Shown in pieces: positions 36,835-46,137 of a stretch of DNA of 48,034 bases. Each line of letters begins with the position of its first letter. The first letter of the stretch is position 1. The notes beneath the pieces are model-generated. The model was not told the origin of the DNA and did no database searches. It saw only the letters and a list, made by a program, of their open reading frames with translations. This DNA is from Eubacteriales bacterium (GTDB taxonomy: Bacteria > Bacillota > Clostridia > Oscillospirales > CAG-272): contig JBGVKV010000007.1 in assembly GCA_045123975.1 (NCBI GenBank), positions 1 to 48,034 on the forward strand, in the 5' to 3' direction. The translations under genes were made by a program, and so were the position numbers.

Positions 36835-39782
36835 ATGAAAAACGCAATACGAATGACCACAAAAGTGGTTGCAATGCTGATTGCGATTTTGATGGTCGCA
36901 TCTATGCTTCCGTTGTAGCTCTTGCAAGTGAACCGACAGATACAACTGAGTACGTGTATCTCTCCATTAGCTTCGACAAAAATTACATCAATGACAAAAA
37001 CGGATCCCCTATGGTATTCGTTCCCGTGGCTCTTTCGGATATTGCCGCTGTTGACCTTACGGAATACGGTCTTGAGAATATGCTCTACGATGCCGACGGC
37101 GACGGTAAATATGAGATCACCGCGCTCCAGCTTCTTATTTACGCTCACGAGGAGCTGTACGGCGGCGATTGGGGAGACGTAAACTTCGATGCGCTCCCCG
37201 GAAGCTCTTACTTCAAGGGCGGTATATTTGGCTTTACCGAAAATCTTGTGTACTTCCTCAACGGTGATTTCCCCGTGGACGAATCCCAATACAGCGATTA
37301 TATGACGGTTGGTGCAACCTCCGACCGCATTGTTCTGGAAGCGGGTGATTTCCTTGACGTTGCCAGTTTTGAATGCTTTAGCTTCCTTTGGGACCAGCTC
37401 GGCGGCTTCCATTTGTTTGCCGACGAGAACGGCAACTACGTTCGCGATTATACAACAAAAGCGGGCGAAGCTCTTTCCGTTAAGCTGAAGCACTCCTTCT
37501 GCAATCTGATGTTCGGTGAGTCTTGGGTAAAGGATGCTACCGATTTTGAAATCTTCTACGGCTCGGTTTACGGTGAAGCGCTCGGCACGGTGACCACCGA
37601 TGAGGAGGGTAACGCTGAGATCACCTTCGATGCAGCAGGTACATACTACGTTTGGAGTGAGGGCGGCATCGGCTCGGATGACGGAACGCACACGGCTTGC
37701 GATCATTATTCATTGACAGGTGAGCCTTGCGTTGTTTCCTCTCCCGCTTACGCAAGAGTAACGGTTACGGGTGAGCCTGAGCCCGAACCTGAGCCTGATC
37801 CTGAACCGGAACAGACTCGTCAGCCTCAGAATGTCAGCGCTGTGCTGAATGCGACTATGGCTCAGCTGGCTACAACGGTTACCGCACCTTCCTTCGGCAC
37901 GAACGCAGGTGAATGGACGGTATCCAGCCTTGCGCGCGGCGGATATTTTGCAAAGGACAACGCTTACTTCACCGATTACTACAACCGCATCGTAGCAACC
38001 GTCAATGAAATTGCGGCAGAGGTAGACATGAACGGTGCGCTTGACAAGAACAAGTCCACCGAAAACTCCCGTCTGATCGTGGCGCTCTCTGCCATCGGCA
38101 AGGATGCAAGAGCAGTTGGTGATTGGAACTTGGTCGAGGCTTACAGCGCAAACGGCTTGGGCTGGGTCAAAAAGCAGGGTATGAACGGCACGATCTGGAC
38201 GTTGATCGCGTTGGATTCGGGCAACTATGAAACCTCCGATCCCACCATCCGTCAGCAGTGTGTGGATTCCATTTTGGAGGCTCGCCACAATGATGGCGGT
38301 TGGTCTTTGGTAACGGCAAAGTCACAGCCCTCCAACGTGGATATTACCTGCATGACCTTGACTGCACTTTATCCTTATCGCGATCAGGAAGCAGTTGCTA
38401 CCGCTTGCGCGGAAGCGATCGAATGGCTTTCCGCGTCCCAGCTTGCAAGCGGTGGATTCCCTTACGGACAGGGTGAAACCTCTGAAAGCTGCGCATGGGC
38501 AATCGTAGCACTTACCACTTGGGGCATCAATCCCGATACCGATACTCGCTTTATTAAGAACGGTAAGTCCCCGGTTGATAACCTTCTTACCTACTATGTA
38601 GAGGCAGACCGTATGTTTGCACACGCGGGCACAGAATCCAATGCTATGGCGACCGATCAGGCAACTTACGCGCTTGTTGCATACGACCGCTTCATAAACG
38701 GTGAAAAGGCACTCTACGATTATAGTGACGTAACCTTTGAGGCTGTAACTCCCAATGAAAATCCTACCACTCCCGAAACTCCCGACAAACCCGATACTCC
38801 CGTAACTCCTCCCACCACCGAAGGTGTTGGTGCGACTCTCGGACTTCCCGAGAAGGTGGAAAACGTGCCCGGCACAACCTTTAACGTGGTAATCAGCGTG
38901 AACAGTTGGGATAACGATGGCGCGTATAAGCTCCTTGATATGATCGTCAACGTCCCCGAAGGACTTACCGTAAAGAGCGTGGTCGTAAGCAACCGCCTTG
39001 TAGGTGGCACTCTCAGCTATAATCTGAGTGGCGGCAAGCTCCGCATCGTTTACTTTGATGCAAACTCCAATAACGATCTTACCGTGAACGGCGAAAGCTT
39101 CCCGCTGGAGCTTCTCACGATCACGTTCACCGTGGGAGATGTGGAAGCGGATGACATTTTGGCAATTTCGGTAACCGACATGAACCTCAAGCTCACCTCC
39201 GATCCCACCGATGAAAACTCCAAGGTTGAAATTGACACCGAGGATGCAACCGGTAATGTCACCGTAGTGGAAGGAAGAACCTTCAGTGCAGGTGTTCTTT
39301 ACGAGGGTGACGGCGTAGATCTGATCCCTGCCGATAAGAAGGCGGTTGTTGTGACTGTTACCGATCTTGAAGGCGCAAAGAAACTCACCTATAACGACGG
39401 AACAAATACCGCCTTATTCAAGTACAATGCAGAGATCTCCGCAAAGCTCGGCGTTACCGCATACGTAGCACTTGTGGATGCGGACATTGCAACCGAAAAC
39501 TTTGAAAATGCCGACTACTTCACCATCGAAGAAGCAGATGCCGACAGCATTACCTTCGGTGACATCAACGGCGACGGCGTTACAAATGCGCAGGATGCTC
39601 TCGCAGCTGTGGATATGTGGCTCCGCAAGGGCGACGAGCCTACCGGTGACGATATTCTTTCTGCAAACGTAAACGGCGACGGTCGAATTGATACCTACGA
39701 TGCGCTTGCTATCGTAGAGGCCTTTGTTTATGATGACCGTCAGTATGCAATCGTAACCAAAGCAACGACAATTTTTGATTAA
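36835..39782 (+). CDS. Secreted multidomain protein: DUF4430-like N-domain, Ig-like domain, prenyltransferase/squalene-oxidase-repeat alpha/alpha barrel, cohesin-like domain, C-terminal dockerin. Frameshifted at about 36911.
   Basis: SD AAAGGA and ATG at 36835 give the signal peptide MKNAIRMTTKVVAMLIAILMVASMLP, which continues in the -1 frame as VVALA-SEP. Barrel motifs NG.IWTLIALDS, DGGWSL, DIT.M.L.AL.PY, Q..SGGF, SES.AWAIVAL...GI, NAMATDQA.YAL. Dockerin GDINGDGVTNAQDAL...ANVNGDGRIDTYDAL. Confidence 0.8.
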
Positions 39783-39798
39783 GTAAATCCTACAATAC

Positions 39799-39830
39799 GG
39801 TGGGCGGGAGTTGCCTTCTGCCCACCTTTT
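39799..39830 (+). terminator. Internal terminator-like hairpin after the dockerin gene
   Basis: GGTGGGCGGGAG-ttgc-CTTCTGCCCACC-TTTT. Confidence 0.65.
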
Positions 39831-39851
39831 CTGTAAAGAAGGAGAAAAACT

Positions 39852-40472
39852 ATGACAGAGTGGCTGAAACGAAATAAAAAACTATGCTTCATCGTCGGAG
39901 GCGCGGTACTTGTATGCGCCGTCCTTCTTTGCATTTTTCTGATTCCGAAAGACGGTGGAGAACAAGTGGGTGACACACCCACCTTAACGGTGGAAACACC
40001 GCAAAAATTAAGTATATCCGGCACGGATACCTTCGTGCTTGACGTGACGATTTCTTCCTTTGGCGATGCGATCTATCCTGCCGCAAGCATGAGCATTGCA
40101 TTTGATGCCTCCCGCCTGAAATTCCTCGGCGTGGAAGAAGGAAACGTATTTATTAAAAGTGACAATTCCTCGGGGCAGACGCTTCCCGAGTGGAACTATA
40201 ACACCGCCGCTTGCAACGAATCGGGAAAGATCAACGTGATGTATCTCGATATGACGGGTGGCAAAAACGCCTTTTCGAAAGAATTACTCGCAGAAGACAA
40301 CAACGTCGTGCTTCGTCTGAAATTCCGTCTGCGTGGCAGTGTTCGCGCGGGTGACGTTTGCGACCTAATTGTTGAGGATGCCGTATTCGCCGCTTCGAAC
40401 GAAACGCAGAGCCTTGCAATGACAACGAATACATTAACCATTAAAAACGGAAAAATCGTGATAGGAGAATGA
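39852..40472 (+). CDS. Membrane-anchored cohesin-like domain protein
   Basis: Basic N-terminus and a TM helix, then F.LDVTI...AASMSIAFDASRLKF.GVEEG...GKINVMYLD...VLRLKFRL...IKNGKIVI, a cohesin-type beta-strand pattern. Confidence 0.7.
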   Translation: MTEWLKRNKKLCFIVGGAVLVCAVLLCIFLIPKDGGEQVGDTPTLTVETPQKLSISGTDTFVLDVTISSFGDAIYPAASMSIAFDASRLKFLGVEEGNVFIKSDNSSGQTLPEWNYNTAACNESGKINVMYLDMTGGKNAFSKELLAEDNNVVLRLKFRLRGSVRAGDVCDLIVEDAVFAASNETQSLAMTTNTLTIKNGKIVIGE

Positions 40473-41515
40473 AAATGAAACGCTTAATACCCATTTTAAT
40501 CATATTTTCGCTTCTTCTGTCGCTTTGCGCCTGTAATGGCAACTACGCCAAGGTTGACCTTAAAAAGCCCGTTTCCATTCCTGAGGACGGCATCATCGAA
40601 AAAGAAATGCTTTCGCAGATCAAGGACGAAAATGCGATCGCTAACTTTACCGGCAAATCGGGAGAACTCAACTACGAATGGACGATCTTCGGAAGTGACA
40701 TCACCGAGGTGCGTGACGTAAACCTTTCGGTTTCGCTTGAAAAGGTAGAGGACGGCATCAAGGTCGTTTTCAGTGACAATTCCGATTTTGGATTTCCTGC
40801 ACTACTTTCCATCCATCTGAATGAGAAATGGACAGCACTCGGCGCGACTGCATATAAGGAGGATACCGCTGTTTTCTCGGTGTCCATTACTGGAAGCAAA
40901 ACGAGTATCCTCAACATTTCGTTCAATAAAGGCGTGGGAGAATGTGTCATTCGACCGAATGAAAATAAGGACACGTCGAGCGATACGAACCGCCCAAACT
41001 CCGACGGAAGTGCCATTGATCAGGACAAATATCTGACCGATCCCGTACCCGAGGGCAAGCCCCTGCCCGTTGAACCCGAAAATCAAGAGATCAACAAGGG
41101 CAAGGCGTACACTTGCACCTTCTCCATCGAATGCTCGACCATCCTCAACAATCTTGAAAATCTTGATCCCGATAAGCTGGAGCTTGTGCCGTCGGACGGT
41201 GTGATCCTGCCACCCACAACAGTGACCTTCTACGAGGGCGAGTCGGTGTTTGACGTGATCCAGCGAGTATGCAAGGAATATAATATCCATCTTGAATTTT
41301 CGTGGACGCCCATCTATAACAGCGCGTATATCGAGGGCATCCATAACCTATACGAATTTGACTGCGGTGCGCTTTCGGGTTGGATGTACCGTGTGAACGG
41401 TTGGTATCCAAACTACGGATGCTCCCGCTATCAGCTTGCCGACGGCGAGGTGGTTGAGTGGAGATATACCTGCAACGACCTCGGAAAAGACATTGGCTGT
41501 GATTGGATGGGATGA
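40469..41515 (+). CDS. DUF4430 (transcobalamin-like beta domain) lipoprotein
   Basis: Lipobox LCAC. C-terminal GESVFDV, YIEGIHNLYEFDCG..SGWMYRVNG.YPNYGC..Y.L.DG..VEWRYT. Confidence 0.9.
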   Translation: MKMKRLIPILIIFSLLLSLCACNGNYAKVDLKKPVSIPEDGIIEKEMLSQIKDENAIANFTGKSGELNYEWTIFGSDITEVRDVNLSVSLEKVEDGIKVVFSDNSDFGFPALLSIHLNEKWTALGATAYKEDTAVFSVSITGSKTSILNISFNKGVGECVIRPNENKDTSSDTNRPNSDGSAIDQDKYLTDPVPEGKPLPVEPENQEINKGKAYTCTFSIECSTILNNLENLDPDKLELVPSDGVILPPTTVTFYEGESVFDVIQRVCKEYNIHLEFSWTPIYNSAYIEGIHNLYEFDCGALSGWMYRVNGWYPNYGCSRYQLADGEVVEWRYTCNDLGKDIGCDWMG

Positions 41516-42405
41516 TGAAGGATAGCTTTTACAATTACCATCCCACCGTATATCTTTTGTATTTTACGTTGGTGATCACATTTTCGATGCTATTCACGCA
41601 CCCCGTGGCGCAGATCATCGCGCTTGTGTGCGCCATTACTTATGCGGTAAGCGTTGAGGGCAAAAAGGCGGTCGGATTTCTTCTGAAATTCTGCTTGCCG
41701 ATGGTATTGCTCACCGCATTCATCAACCCAGCTTTCAGCCATGAGGGCGTGACCATTTTGTACTATTTCAGTAGCGGAAACCCTTTAACACTTGAAAGCA
41801 TTCTTTACGGTGTGGGAGCAGGCGTCTTGCTTGTGACGGTGCTTTTGTGGTTCTCCGCGTTTTCGCGCGTGATGACCTCGGACAAGTTCATTTATCTGTT
41901 TGGCAGAGTAATTCCCGCACTTTCTCTTGTGCTGAGTATGTCGCTCCGCTTCGTGCCCAAGTTCAAAAAGCAGACCGAGATCGTGGTAGAGGCGCAGAGG
42001 TGCATCGGACGGGATATTTCCACGGGAAGCTTGTGGAAGCGCTTCAAGACCGCCGTCCTCATTCTTTCCATTATGATCACGTGGGCGCTGGAAAACGCCA
42101 TTGAAACGGCTGACAGTATGAAAAGCCGAGGCTATGGGCTGAAAGGCAGAACCGCGTTCTCCATCTACCGTATGGATGACCGCGACAAATATTCTCTGAT
42201 TTGGCTCGGCTTTTGCGGATTGTTTCTTACGGTCGGCGTGATGCTCTCAGCGTTTGGCTTCCGCTATTTTCCAAGCATTCGCTATGCCGCATTTGATATG
42301 ACGACCATACCGTTTTATACAGTTTATTTCGGACTTTGCATCACACCCGTTGTACTAAACTTTACGGAGGAGAGAAAATGGAAAACTATATATTCAAAAC
42401 TCTGA
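41512..42405 (+). CDS. ECF transporter T component (CbrV-like)
   Basis: HP...LYF, LRFVP, AQRCIG and ADSMKSRGYG coupling-helix motifs. Confidence 0.92.
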   Translation: MMKDSFYNYHPTVYLLYFTLVITFSMLFTHPVAQIIALVCAITYAVSVEGKKAVGFLLKFCLPMVLLTAFINPAFSHEGVTILYYFSSGNPLTLESILYGVGAGVLLVTVLLWFSAFSRVMTSDKFIYLFGRVIPALSLVLSMSLRFVPKFKKQTEIVVEAQRCIGRDISTGSLWKRFKTAVLILSIMITWALENAIETADSMKSRGYGLKGRTAFSIYRMDDRDKYSLIWLGFCGLFLTVGVMLSAFGFRYFPSIRYAAFDMTTIPFYTVYFGLCITPVVLNFTEERKWKTIYSKL

Positions 42406-45023
42406 ACTTTTCCTATCCCGAGTGCGAAGAAAAAGCCTTGGATTCTGTCTCCTTCTCGGTCAAGGAGGGTGAATTTCTGATCCTCTGCGGACCGTCGGGT
42501 TGCGGCAAATCCACTCTCCTGCGCCACCTCAAAACCTGCCTTACCCCTCACGGCAGATGGGAGGGAGAGATACTGTACGGTGGCGTATCTCTTGACAAGG
42601 TCGATGACCGAACGCAATCGCAGGAGATCGGCTTCGTCATGCAATCCCCGGAAAATCAAGTGGTGACCGACAAGGTGTGGCACGAGCTTGCCTTTGGTCT
42701 TGAGAGCCTTGGCTACGATACCCCAACCATTCGCCGCCGTGTGGCAGAGGTTGCCGCTTTCTTCGGTATTGAAAATTGGTTCTATAAAGACGTGACCGAG
42801 CTTTCGGGCGGTCAAAAACAGTTGCTTTCTCTTGCCTCTGTGATGGCGATGAACCCGAAGATATTGGTTCTTGACGAGCCGACCTCTCAGCTCGATCCTA
42901 TTGCCGCCTCCGACTTTTTGGCGCTTCTCGGCAAGATCAACCGCGAGCTTGGTATCACGGTCATCCTCACCGAGCATCGCCTGGAGGAAGCATTCCCGTT
43001 TGCCACGCGAGTCATCGTGATGGAAAAAGGACGCATTATTTGCGACGATGCTCCCGAAAAGGTGGGGCTTGCCCTTCGCGATCGGGATAGCGGAATGTTC
43101 CTTGCTATGCCCACAGCTATGCGCGTATGGGCAGGTGTGAAAACCGATCTGCCTTGTCCCTTGACCGTTCGTGACGGCAGTGAATTTCTGACGGCTCGCA
43201 ATCGTGAAATGCCCATCAAAGCCCTTACAGAAAAAGAAATCCACACCTACGGCGATGAGATCGCCATCAGTGCGGACGAGCTTTGGTTTCGATATGAGAA
43301 GGACTTGCCAGACGTGGTCAAGGGTTGCTCGCTCACCTTGCACAAGGGCGAGTTTTACGCCATTCTCGGCGGAAACGGTGCGGGAAAGACCACCACGCTC
43401 AAGTTGATCTCGGGCTTGAAAACACCCTATCGCGGAAGTGTGACCGTCAACGGCCGCATGGGCTTTTTGCCGCAAAATCCGCAATCTCTCTTTGTCAAGC
43501 GCACCGTGCGAGAGGATCTTTACGAGGTTCTGCGCGGTGAGAAATACGGCAAAGAGGAAAAGGACGAGCAGGTCGCCCGCGTGGTAAAGCTCTGTGAACT
43601 GACCGCCTTCCTAGATCGCCACCCCTACGATATTTCGGGCGGTGAGCAGCAGCGCACCGCGCTGGCCAAGGTGCTTTTGACCGCACCCGACGTTCTGCTC
43701 CTGGACGAGCCAACCAAGGGCTTTGATGCGGAGTTCAAGGTCAGCTTTGCCGCAATCCTCTGCAAGCTGACCGCGCAGGGCGTGACCATTCTGATGGTCA
43801 GCCACGACGTGACCTTCTGTGCCGAGTATGCCCACCGATGCGGAATGTTCTTTGACGGACACATCGTAGCCGAGGGTACGCCCGCCGAGTTCTTCTCGGG
43901 GAATAGCTTTTACACCACTCCCGCCAACCGTATGGCAAGGCATCTGATCCCCAAAGCCGTGACGGTTGCTGACGTCATCAGCGCTTGTGGTGGTCGCGTA
44001 GAGGAAGCCGAGGATCCCGACGAGGAGATCGTTCCTTTGCCGAAGCCCGCACCGAGAAGCGTCAACTATAAACCTAAGGCACTTCCCGTATGGAGAAAGC
44101 TGATCGCACTCGCATCTGCTCTTGTGGCTCTTGGGGTATTCCTATATGCCACCTCAATTACCGACCTTTCTGCGATCATCAATTCGTCGGGTATCACGGC
44201 AGAGGGCAAAGAGCAATTATTCCTGTACTTGATTCTGTTTGCCTCTATGTCGATATTCGTTGCCGCCATCGGTCGCAGAAGCGAACCGCCCCTTGTGGTG
44301 CAAACGCCCAAGGAAAAGCGTAATTTGAGTAAGCGAACCATCGTGGCATCGGTGGCGATCCTCTTGCTTATACCGCTGACTATCTTTGCCGGCATCTTCT
44401 ATCTTGAAGATCGCCACTATAATTTGGTTGCGGTTTTGGTACTGCTTGAATGTATGCTGCCGTTTCTGCTCGTGTTTGAGGGAAGAAAGCCCAAGGCGCG
44501 CGAGCTTGTCACCATTGCCGTACTATGCGCCATCGGCATCGCAGGACGTGGACTGTTCTTTATGCTTCCGCAGTTCAAACCGGTACTCGCACTCACCATC
44601 ATCGCAGGCGTTGCCTTTGGTGGCGAGGTCGGATTTTTGGTAGGAGCAATGACCATGCTGACCTCCAATATGATCTTCGGCCAAGGACCGTGGACACCGT
44701 GGCAGATGTTCGCCATGGGCATCATCGGCTTCCTCGCGGGTGTGCTGTTCAAAAAAGGCTGGCTCCGCCGCACGAGAGCATCTCTTGCCGTGTTCGGCGC
44801 ATTTACCGCCGTCATCATTTACGGCGGCATCATGAATCCCGCCGCCGCTATGATGATGTCAAGCGAAACCCTCAAATGGGAAACCATCCTCGCGTGCTAC
44901 GTAACGGGACTCCCCATGGATCTCATCCATGGCTTCGGCACGGTCATTTTCCTTATGATCGCCGCAGAACCGATGCTCGAAAAGATGGATCGGATTAAGG
45001 TGAAGTATGGGATTGCCGATTAA
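42378..45023 (+). CDS. ECF transporter: duplicated ATPase fused to a C-terminal S component (CbrU-CbrT-like)
   Basis: GPSGCGKST / LSGGQ / DEPT / EH and GGNGAGKTT / ISGGE / DEPT / SH. C-terminal ARELV.IAVL.A, PQFKPV, GFLVG, SNMIFGQGPWTPWQM, D..H. SD GGAGG. Confidence 0.9.
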   Translation: MENYIFKTLNFSYPECEEKALDSVSFSVKEGEFLILCGPSGCGKSTLLRHLKTCLTPHGRWEGEILYGGVSLDKVDDRTQSQEIGFVMQSPENQVVTDKVWHELAFGLESLGYDTPTIRRRVAEVAAFFGIENWFYKDVTELSGGQKQLLSLASVMAMNPKILVLDEPTSQLDPIAASDFLALLGKINRELGITVILTEHRLEEAFPFATRVIVMEKGRIICDDAPEKVGLALRDRDSGMFLAMPTAMRVWAGVKTDLPCPLTVRDGSEFLTARNREMPIKALTEKEIHTYGDEIAISADELWFRYEKDLPDVVKGCSLTLHKGEFYAILGGNGAGKTTTLKLISGLKTPYRGSVTVNGRMGFLPQNPQSLFVKRTVREDLYEVLRGEKYGKEEKDEQVARVVKLCELTAFLDRHPYDISGGEQQRTALAKVLLTAPDVLLLDEPTKGFDAEFKVSFAAILCKLTAQGVTILMVSHDVTFCAEYAHRCGMFFDGHIVAEGTPAEFFSGNSFYTTPANRMARHLIPKAVTVADVISACGGRVEEAEDPDEEIVPLPKPAPRSVNYKPKALPVWRKLIALASALVALGVFLYATSITDLSAIINSSGITAEGKEQLFLYLILFASMSIFVAAIGRRSEPPLVVQTPKEKRNLSKRTIVASVAILLLIPLTIFAGIFYLEDRHYNLVAVLVLLECMLPFLLVFEGRKPKARELVTIAVLCAIGIAGRGLFFMLPQFKPVLALTIIAGVAFGGEVGFLVGAMTMLTSNMIFGQGPWTPWQMFAMGIIGFLAGVLFKKGWLRRTRASLAVFGAFTAVIIYGGIMNPAAAMMMSSETLKWETILACYVTGLPMDLIHGFGTVIFLMIAAEPMLEKMDRIKVKYGIAD

Positions 45024-45025
45024 CG

Positions 45026-45064
45026 AAAAAGCGCCTTACGCCCAAGTGGCGCAAGACGCTTTTT
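45026..45064. terminator. Bidirectional terminator
   Basis: AAAAAGCGCCTTACGCC-caagt-GGCGCAAGACGCTTTTT (imperfect) between convergent genes. Confidence 0.7.
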
Positions 45065-45068
45065 CTGA

Positions 45069-45656
45069 TTATCCCTCGTAGCAGAACAAAATTCTAACCA
45101 AATTGTAAATCGGTCGCTTGATGTTCAAGGGGTGATCAAAGCCGATCTCGTAAAGGAAGGACGTTACCTCGCGGTTCTCCTTCGTATTCCAAACGCGCTT
45201 TACCGAAACATCCTCAAATTCGCATTTTTCGGAATCGGCAACGTATGCAAGGCTCTTGTTGAGCTTGGTGATTACGGCATCCTTCTCATAGTTCTTCAAG
45301 GACACTACAACGATACGTGTACGCTTGTTCTTGGCTTTTATTGCGCCGATAAGCGTGCGACAGCCTTCCTCAAACGCGGCTTCGTTACCGTCAAAGCCTT
45401 GCACATCTGCTTCACCGATATGTAAAAGCACGGTTTCGGGGCAAAGCTCTTTGACACACTCGTCATATACCTTTGCCGTATCGGTTGCCGAAAGTCCTGC
45501 AATACTGCGGTTATAGATATGATCGCTCAACGCAAACGCCTGCTTTAATTCTCCGAGGGGAAGATTTACGTCCTCAGCTCCGCCGAAGATCACAATTCCG
45601 TCGGACTCTGCAAGCTGATTTAAGGATTTGTATTTTGCAATTTCAGCTTCAAACAT
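45069..45656 (-). CDS. SGNH/GDSL-fold protein, probably catalytically degenerate
   Basis: IVIFGGA (block I without Ser), IYNRSIAG (block II), P.TVLLHIGEAD (block III-like). Confidence 0.65.
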   Translation of the reverse strand: MFEAEIAKYKSLNQLAESDGIVIFGGAEDVNLPLGELKQAFALSDHIYNRSIAGLSATDTAKVYDECVKELCPETVLLHIGEADVQGFDGNEAAFEEGCRTLIGAIKAKNKRTRIVVVSLKNYEKDAVITKLNKSLAYVADSEKCEFEDVSVKRVWNTKENREVTSFLYEIGFDHPLNIKRPIYNLVRILFCYEG

Positions 45657-45670
45657 GATTCTGTGCCTCC

Positions 45671-45955
45671 TTACGCTTTGTTCGCTTTTCTGTCAAGCGT
45701 AACGTTTCGGAAGTAAACCAAGAGGTTCAGTGAAACGATAGCAAGGTTGATCAGGTACGCTACCAACACATAGTTGATGTTGCCAAGCGCGATCTTTGCC
45801 GAAATACCGGCGATGTAACCCGTAATGATCAGAAGGATAAACGGAAGGCTTGTGCTTTTTGAGGTTCTTGCCTTATATGCCTTGATCAAATTCATAGGCC
45901 AAGAAAAGCCAAAGCATACAAGCATAATTGTTTCAAGAATAGGTGCGAGCTCCAT
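45671..45955 (-). CDS. Small 3-TM PQ-loop / SemiSWEET-like membrane protein
   Basis: 94 aa with three hydrophobic helices, CFG.SWP.N..K..K.RT.K..S. Confidence 0.7.
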   Translation of the reverse strand: MELAPILETIMLVCFGFSWPMNLIKAYKARTSKSTSLPFILLIITGYIAGISAKIALGNINYVLVAYLINLAIVSLNLLVYFRNVTLDRKANKA

Positions 45956-46137
45956 AATAAAATCTCCTTTGTGATGTTTGGTGCTATCAGCATATCACTC
46001 ATGAGAGAACAAATCAATTTTAGCAAAATAAGCAACATATCTTTTTGTAATTTCTCATTTATTTTACTTTCAAAAGCTATTTTAGAAAGTAAAATTATGA
46101 TAAAATATAGGCAAGAATAAAGATGGGGGAAAGGTGC

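Noticed and set aside
37774..37812. Short tandem repeats (GAGCCT-like)
   Set aside because: They encode an EPEPEP linker. Not a CRISPR array or contingency locus, and no CRISPR array was seen in the window.
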